The notes beneath the pieces are model-generated. The model worked only from the letters and a program-made list of their open reading frames with translations. It ran no database searches and was not told where the DNA came from. The position numbers and the translations under genes are program-made. A stretch of 32,000 nt of DNA from an uncultured Opitutales bacterium. GTDB taxonomy: Bacteria > Verrucomicrobiota > Verrucomicrobiia > Opitutales > Intestinicryptomonadaceae. Of this stretch, positions 27,418-32,000 are shown piece after piece. Position 1 is the stretch's first letter; each line of letters starts with the position of its first letter. Location: assembly GCA_934613415.1 (NCBI GenBank), contig CAKTSY010000004.1, positions 90,001-122,000 of the forward strand, in the 5' to 3' direction.

Positions 27418-28995
27418 CTATCGGCGTTTCTTTGCCGTTTTTGCACCCTTTTTAGCCGCGTTTTTTTTGTTTCTTAAAAGCTTTTTTGCCGTGTCGAATT
27501 TCTTGTTCGACAAATTGCTCTTTAAGCCGCTTTTTGCCTCGAAGCGAACGGGGGCTGCCTGTTTGCCGCCCTTTTTAGAGCCGTTTTCCTTTGCGCGCTT
27601 GTCGGTTAGGCGTTCCTGCAAAGTTTTGCTTTCTTTGCCCTTAAATTCGAATTTAAGAGACACGCCCCCAAGCGAGAATGTTTTGCGCAAATTCTTTTCT
27701 ATATACTTATAGTAGTTGCCGTCTAGCTTTGCAAAGCTGTTGCAATACATTCTTATAACGGTTGGCCTATTCGAAATTTGCAGGCAGTAATACACCTTAA
27801 ATCTTTTGCCGCCTACAATCTTTGGGGGAACTGAATCTACCAAGTCGCGCACAACCGAGTTTAGCTTGCCCGTGGGGAGCTCTTTGTAGGCGCGCTTATA
27901 CATTGCATACGAAGCGTCTAAAATAGTATCTAGCCCAGTGTCGTTTTTTGCCGAAACAAAGCTAATGGGCGCGTCTTCCAAAAAGAATAGTTCTTTGCGA
28001 ACAGCCTCTTCAAACTTTGTTCTAAAATCTCTAATGCTTGTATATCCGCGCAAAGTGCCTTTTTTGAACAAGTCAACAGCCAAGTCCCACTTGTTTACTA
28101 GCACCATTACGGCGGCTCCAGCGTCTAAAATTTCGCCCGCCAATTTTTTGTCTAGCTCGGTTACGCCCGTCATAGCGTCTAGCACAAGCATTACAACGTC
28201 GCACTTGGCTATGGCGTCTTTTGTGCGCACGGTAGACAAATAGTCCAGCGAAGTGTTTATCTTCCTTTTAGCCCTTAGGCCTGCCGTGTCGAAAAATCTA
28301 AAGTCTACATTTGCCCCGCGTTTTGTAGTGTGCGAAAAGTCGCACTTTACACTGTCGCGCGTAGTTCCCGCTACATCGCTTACAATAAGCCTTTGCGAGC
28401 CAAGCAGCCTGTTGCCTATCGAGCTTTTGCCCACATTGGGCTTGCCTGCAACGCAAATTTTTACGCGCATAGGCTCTGTTGGAGGCTCTACGTCGAAACT
28501 GCCGCAATTTTTTTCGAGATACGCAAGCAGCGAATCCATGCCCAAGCCGTGCTCTGCCGAAACAAAAAATGTTTCAAAGCCCAATGTATAGAAATCGTGG
28601 TTGCGGTCTTTATGCGAATCCAAATCGGTTTTGTTTACAACCAAAACGGTTTGCTTGCCGCTTTTCCTTAAAGAGTCGGCAATGCGCTGGTCGTGCGGGG
28701 TAAGGCCTTCCTGCGAATCTACTACAAACAAAATAATGTCGGAGGTATTCATTGCAAATTCCGCCTGAATGTCGGTTGCTTGGGCTATAACCTTTTCGGT
28801 TGTTTCTTCGGTTGCGCCAAGGCCGCCCGTATCCATAAGCACGGTGCCGTTGGGCAGCTTTTCGGCAACAATGTCGCGGGTTACCCCCGGGCGGTCGTGA
28901 ACAATCGAAACCCTGCGCTTTAATATTCTGTTAAAGAGCCTGCTTTTGCCAACATTTGGCCTGCCTACAATGGCTATGCTTTTGCCTGTATCCAT
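27418..28995 (-). CDS. der: Ribosome-biogenesis GTPase Der (EngA) with a Lys-rich C-terminal tail (525 aa)
   Basis: Two tandem G domains with P-loops GRPNVGKS and GKPNVGKS, DTGG/DTAG and NKTD/NKWD motifs, a KH-like C-terminal domain, and then a ~71-aa basic tail. Confidence 0.92.
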   Translation of the reverse strand: MDTGKSIAIVGRPNVGKSRLFNRILKRRVSIVHDRPGVTRDIVAEKLPNGTVLMDTGGLGATEETTEKVIAQATDIQAEFAMNTSDIILFVVDSQEGLTPHDQRIADSLRKSGKQTVLVVNKTDLDSHKDRNHDFYTLGFETFFVSAEHGLGMDSLLAYLEKNCGSFDVEPPTEPMRVKICVAGKPNVGKSSIGNRLLGSQRLIVSDVAGTTRDSVKCDFSHTTKRGANVDFRFFDTAGLRAKRKINTSLDYLSTVRTKDAIAKCDVVMLVLDAMTGVTELDKKLAGEILDAGAAVMVLVNKWDLAVDLFKKGTLRGYTSIRDFRTKFEEAVRKELFFLEDAPISFVSAKNDTGLDTILDASYAMYKRAYKELPTGKLNSVVRDLVDSVPPKIVGGKRFKVYYCLQISNRPTVIRMYCNSFAKLDGNYYKYIEKNLRKTFSLGGVSLKFEFKGKESKTLQERLTDKRAKENGSKKGGKQAAPVRFEAKSGLKSNLSNKKFDTAKKLLRNKKNAAKKGAKTAKKRR

Positions 28996-29003
28996 AAAAA
29001 ATT

Positions 29004-30170
29004 CTATATATTTTCAAGCGACTTTTCTATCCTGTCGGTCGCCTTAATTAGGTTGTCGTAGCTTGTCGAAAAACTTGCCCTGAAAAATCCTTCACCCGAT
29101 TCGCCGAAAGCAGACCCGGGAACTATTGCAACTTTTGCGGAATTTAAAACCTTTGTGCAAAAATCCATAGACGACATTTTGCGACCGCCAATGCTAGGGA
29201 AGGCGTAGAACGTTCCCTTGGGCAAATTGCATTTAAGCCCCATTTCGTTAAAGCGGCGAACAATAAAGTCTCTGCGGCGGTGGTATTCGTCGCGCATTTT
29301 TTTCATAGATTCTTCGCCGTTGCGCAATGCCTCTAAAGCGGCTTCTTGCGACATTATAGAAGCGCACAAAATGCCGTATTGATGGATTTTCATCATTGCG
29401 TCTATTACGTCTTTTGGCCCGCAGGCATAGCCCATTCTAAAGCCCGTCATTGCAAACGCCTTCGAAAAACCGTGAATGAAAACCGTTCTTTCCTTCATTC
29501 CTTTTACCGCCGCAATGGAATTGTGCTCGCCTTCGTAGGTAAGCTCTGAATAGATTTCGTCGCTAATTACCAGCATATCCTTTTCCTCTACAAAGGCGGC
29601 AAGTTCTTCTACCTGTTTGAGGCTTAGCGTGCCGCCCGTTGGGTTTGTGGGAAAGTTTATAACTATTGCCTTGCACCCGGGCTGCCATGCCTTTTTTACG
29701 TCTTCTACACTAAGGGCAAAACCGTTTTCGGCCTTTGTGCGAACGGGAACGGGTATGCCGTGCGAAAGCACAATGCTTGGCGCATACGAAACATAACAGG
29801 GTTCGTGGTACATAACCTTGTCGAGCGGGTTTATTATTGCGCGCAACGCGGCGTCTAACGCTTCTGAAGCCCCCACTGTTACCATAATTTCGTTGTCGGG
29901 GCAGTATTCAACCCCGAAAGTTTTTGCAACGTATTTCGAAATTTCGTTTCTTAGCGATTTTAGCCCCAAGTTGTCGGTATACGAAGTTTTGCCCTTTTCG
30001 AGCGCGAAAATTGCCGCTTCCCTAATGTGCCACGGGGTTACAAAATCCGGCTCGCCAATGCCGAGCGAGATTGCGTCTTTCATCGTAGATGCTATCGAAA
30101 AGAAAGCCCTAATTCCCGATTTGGGAAGCCCTACAACGTGTTTGGCTACAAATTTTTTACTGTCGCACAT
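29004..30170 (-). CDS. Pyridoxal-phosphate-dependent aminotransferase, class I/II (AspC/PatA-like)
   Basis: 388 aa. NPTG, SDEIYSEL and the PLP-lysine motif GFSKAFAMTGFRMGY. Substrate specificity cannot be read from the sequence. Confidence 0.88.
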   Translation of the reverse strand: MCDSKKFVAKHVVGLPKSGIRAFFSIASTMKDAISLGIGEPDFVTPWHIREAAIFALEKGKTSYTDNLGLKSLRNEISKYVAKTFGVEYCPDNEIMVTVGASEALDAALRAIINPLDKVMYHEPCYVSYAPSIVLSHGIPVPVRTKAENGFALSVEDVKKAWQPGCKAIVINFPTNPTGGTLSLKQVEELAAFVEEKDMLVISDEIYSELTYEGEHNSIAAVKGMKERTVFIHGFSKAFAMTGFRMGYACGPKDVIDAMMKIHQYGILCASIMSQEAALEALRNGEESMKKMRDEYHRRRDFIVRRFNEMGLKCNLPKGTFYAFPSIGGRKMSSMDFCTKVLNSAKVAIVPGSAFGESGEGFFRASFSTSYDNLIKATDRIEKSLENI

Positions 30171-30187
30171 AAAGAGAATATTTTAAA

Positions 30188-30700
30188 TTAAGCGGAAACT
30201 ACGGGTTTGTCGGGGTTGTTCGGGTCTTGCCCAATAATAAAGCCCATAGTTTTATAGGTTCTTAAAAAGAAGTGTGTTGCCGTAGAAGTTACGCCGTGAA
30301 TGGTGGCAAGCCTTTCGTATACAAAGCTTGCAATTTCCTTTATATTCTTTGCCTTTACAAAAAGCAAAAGGTCGTACGCGCCACTCATAAGAAAGCACGA
30401 ATCTACCTGCTCGAACCTGCTTATGCGCTGGGCAAGCCTGTCGAAACCGCCGTCTCTTTCGGGACAAATTTTAAGCTCTATAGCAGCCGAAACCAAACCG
30501 CTTTCGTAGTCGGGGTGCAAAACGGGAATCCAACCTAAAAGGATTTTCTCGTCCTTTAATTTTTCGAGGGCTTCGTCTACCTCTTTTTCGGTCATATTCA
30601 AAATTTGACCCATTTTGGTGGTGTCGAAAACGCCGCCCTGCAATATAAGTTGTAAAAGATTTTCCATAATATGTGTATATATTTGCGCGAAACTATACAC
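30188..30700 (-). CDS. Lrp/AsnC family transcriptional regulator
   Basis: N-terminal winged-HTH-like segment (ILNMTEKEVDEALEKLKDEKILLG) and a C-terminal RAM/AsnC-type domain (DSCFLMSGAYDLLLFVKAKNIKEIASFV). The GTG at 30700 has GGAG 5 nt upstream. The alternative ATG at 30667 (MENLLQL...) would give 159 aa. Confidence 0.8.
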   Translation of the reverse strand: MYSFAQIYTHIMENLLQLILQGGVFDTTKMGQILNMTEKEVDEALEKLKDEKILLGWIPVLHPDYESGLVSAAIELKICPERDGGFDRLAQRISRFEQVDSCFLMSGAYDLLLFVKAKNIKEIASFVYERLATIHGVTSTATHFFLRTYKTMGFIIGQDPNNPDKPVVSA

Positions 30701-30701
30701 A
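30672..30701. promoter_or_regulatory. Perfect 8-bp inverted repeat with a 14-nt spacer at the 5' end of the Lrp/AsnC gene
   Basis: TGTGTATA (30672-30679) and TATACACA (30694-30701) are exact reverse complements. The repeat is either an operator or an RNA hairpin. Whether it lies in the leader or in the first codons depends on the start-codon choice. Confidence 0.35.
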
Positions 30702-30731
30702 CATTCTCCGATTTTTAAACACTTTTTTTAG

Positions 30732-31289
30732 CTATTCGCCCATTTTTACAAGCAAAAGCTTTGGCGACTGCAAATTCTTTTCGTCGCTATATTCGCTAAA
30801 CTCCGCAAAATTTTGTTTAAAAAAATCCCTTACCGCTTCGTATTCGCCCTGCCCGCCCTCGTGGCCCACATAGCACAAAACCGAAAGCAAAAAGCGGTTT
30901 GCCCTAATATCCAAACAGCTTTGCAATGCCTTTAGCGTGCTTTGCGGCTTGGTTATAACGGTTTTGTTAGAATTCGGCAAATAGCCCAAATTAAAAACGG
31001 CGCAATTAAGCTTGCCTTTTACGGCTTCGGGCAAATGGTTTTCCATATTTTCGTGGCCATCTAAAACAAACTGCACGTTTTGCGGGGTTTTGCCAGATTT
31101 TGCCAACAGGGCTTTCGAGCTTTCTATTGCGCGTTGTTGCACATCGAAGGCAAAAACGAAGCCTCTTTCGCCTACAATGTCGCTTAAAAACAAAGTGTCG
31201 TGCCCGTTGCCGCAGGTGGCGTCTATAACAAAATCGCCCTCTCTTAAAAACGAAAGGGCAATTTGTTTGGCTTTATTTGTAAAATTCAT
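30732..31289 (-). CDS. Class I SAM-dependent methyltransferase, YtqB/MnmM-like ('putative rRNA methylase' family)
   Basis: DATCGNGHDTLFL SAM-binding motif, FAFDVQQRAI, DGHENM, FNLGYLP and GHEGGQGE, collinear with the B. subtilis YtqB family. ATG at 31289 is preferred over the TTG at 31298. Confidence 0.8.
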   Translation of the reverse strand: MNFTNKAKQIALSFLREGDFVIDATCGNGHDTLFLSDIVGERGFVFAFDVQQRAIESSKALLAKSGKTPQNVQFVLDGHENMENHLPEAVKGKLNCAVFNLGYLPNSNKTVITKPQSTLKALQSCLDIRANRFLLSVLCYVGHEGGQGEYEAVRDFFKQNFAEFSEYSDEKNLQSPKLLLVKMGE

Positions 31290-31306
31290 TGCAAGCAAAG
31301 AACCTG

Positions 31307-32000
31307 CTAATTGTTTTTAAGGTTAAACTCCCTTTCCATAAGGGTTGGGTGCGAGTAGTAAAACGCGCTATATAACCTGTGCGGCGTTAAATTGCCCAAG
31401 TTCTTTTTGTGGAGTTTACGCAAAGCCTCTATAAGGTTGTCGGGCGTGCCGCAGGTTGCCTTTGCGAACGAGTCGGCCTGATATTCGTGCTTGCGCGAAA
31501 TTTGGTTGAATATGGGGGTAAGCCAAAATGTAAACAACGGGCTTAAGATAGAAAACAATATAAGCAGCGCGCCAAAACCCGAATTTTGCGAAAAGCCGAA
31601 ACTTTCGTAAAAATACGGGCACTTTGCCAAAACTCCCATAATGTAGAAGCCAGCAAGAGTTGAAGCAAACGTTAAAAACATTGTAGACCAAATGTGCCCT
31701 TTTTTGTAGTGCCCTATTTCGTGAGCCAAAACCGAAACAATTTGCTCGTTGCTTAGCTGCTCTAAAATGGTATCGTAAAAAATAACCCTTCTGAATTTGC
31801 CAAACCCCGTAAAGAATGCGTTTGAATGCGAGCTGCGGCGACTGCCGTCCATAACCTGAATAGCAGTGGTTTTAAAGTTGCACTTTTTTGCAAGAGCAAA
31901 AATTGCGTCTTTTAAAACGCCGTCGGGCAATGGGGTTATTTTGTTGAAAAGCGGCAAAATAAGCTTTGGATATATCATTATCATAACAAGCTGAACAGCC
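31307..32000 (-). CDS. M48 family zinc metalloprotease (Ste24/HtpX-like), 5' end outside the window
   Basis: HEIGHYKKGH (HExxH), plus upstream DGSRRSSHSNAFFTGFGKFRRVIFYDT typical of Ste24-type M48A. The reading frame stays open upstream of the Met at 31984 to the window edge, and the expected N-terminal TM region is missing. Confidence 0.8.
   Translation of the reverse strand, partial: AVQLVMIMIYPKLILPLFNKITPLPDGVLKDAIFALAKKCNFKTTAIQVMDGSRRSSHSNAFFTGFGKFRRVIFYDTILEQLSNEQIVSVLAHEIGHYKKGHIWSTMFLTFASTLAGFYIMGVLAKCPYFYESFGFSQNSGFGALLILFSILSPLFTFWLTPIFNQISRKHEYQADSFAKATCGTPDNLIEALRKLHKKNLGNLTPHRLYSAFYYSHPTLMEREFNLKNN

Noticed and set aside
1-32000. Search for CRISPR arrays, tRNA/rRNA genes, IS elements, integrases, toxin-antitoxin pairs and defence-type gene clusters
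   Set aside because: No intergenic gap exceeds about 150 nt. I saw no spaced direct-repeat arrays and no transposase, integrase or nuclease-type ORFs. All sizeable ORFs are accounted for by housekeeping genes or the few orphans listed.

Overview
This window is a compact chromosomal core region from a moderately AT-rich bacterium whose phylum I cannot assign. By my own coordinates it is about 97-98% coding. I call 34 protein genes. I saw no rRNA, tRNA, CRISPR array, transposase, integrase or long repeat. Layout: (1) 65-7324, a minus-strand polycistron of a 146-aa unknown, def, coaE, rho and two tandem GspE/PilB-type secretion ATPases, with junctions of -4 to 24 nt. (2) 7476-9508, a plus-strand trio of an unknown protein, a small lipoprotein and an M23 metallopeptidase. 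(3) 9613-23782, a minus-strand 13-gene complex I operon (nuoB to nuoN, no nuoA) with a family-4-like uracil-DNA glycosylase 10 nt behind nuoN. (4) 23887-26391, a plus-strand 488-aa secreted orphan, a dCMP deaminase and a YqgE/AlgH protein. (5) 26464-32000, a minus-strand string of an M48 protease (5' partial), a YtqB/MnmM-like methyltransferase, an Lrp/AsnC regulator, an aminotransferase, der and fmt. I did not find a self-contained, obviously novel multi-gene system such as a defence island or mobile cargo. The best leads are as follows. Rho carries a roughly 315-aa modular disordered N-terminal extension (AT-hook-like basic, acidic and N/Q-rich prion-like segments), and its primary RNA-binding motif looks altered. 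rho has no leader and sits directly upstream of two intact paralogous GspE/PilB ATPases. nuoA is missing from the complex I operon. The UDG appears to lack two of four Fe-S cysteine ligands. The uncharacterised blocks at 6884-9508 and 23887-25353 remain unexplained. All functional calls rest on motifs read by eye from the supplied translations; no database search was possible.
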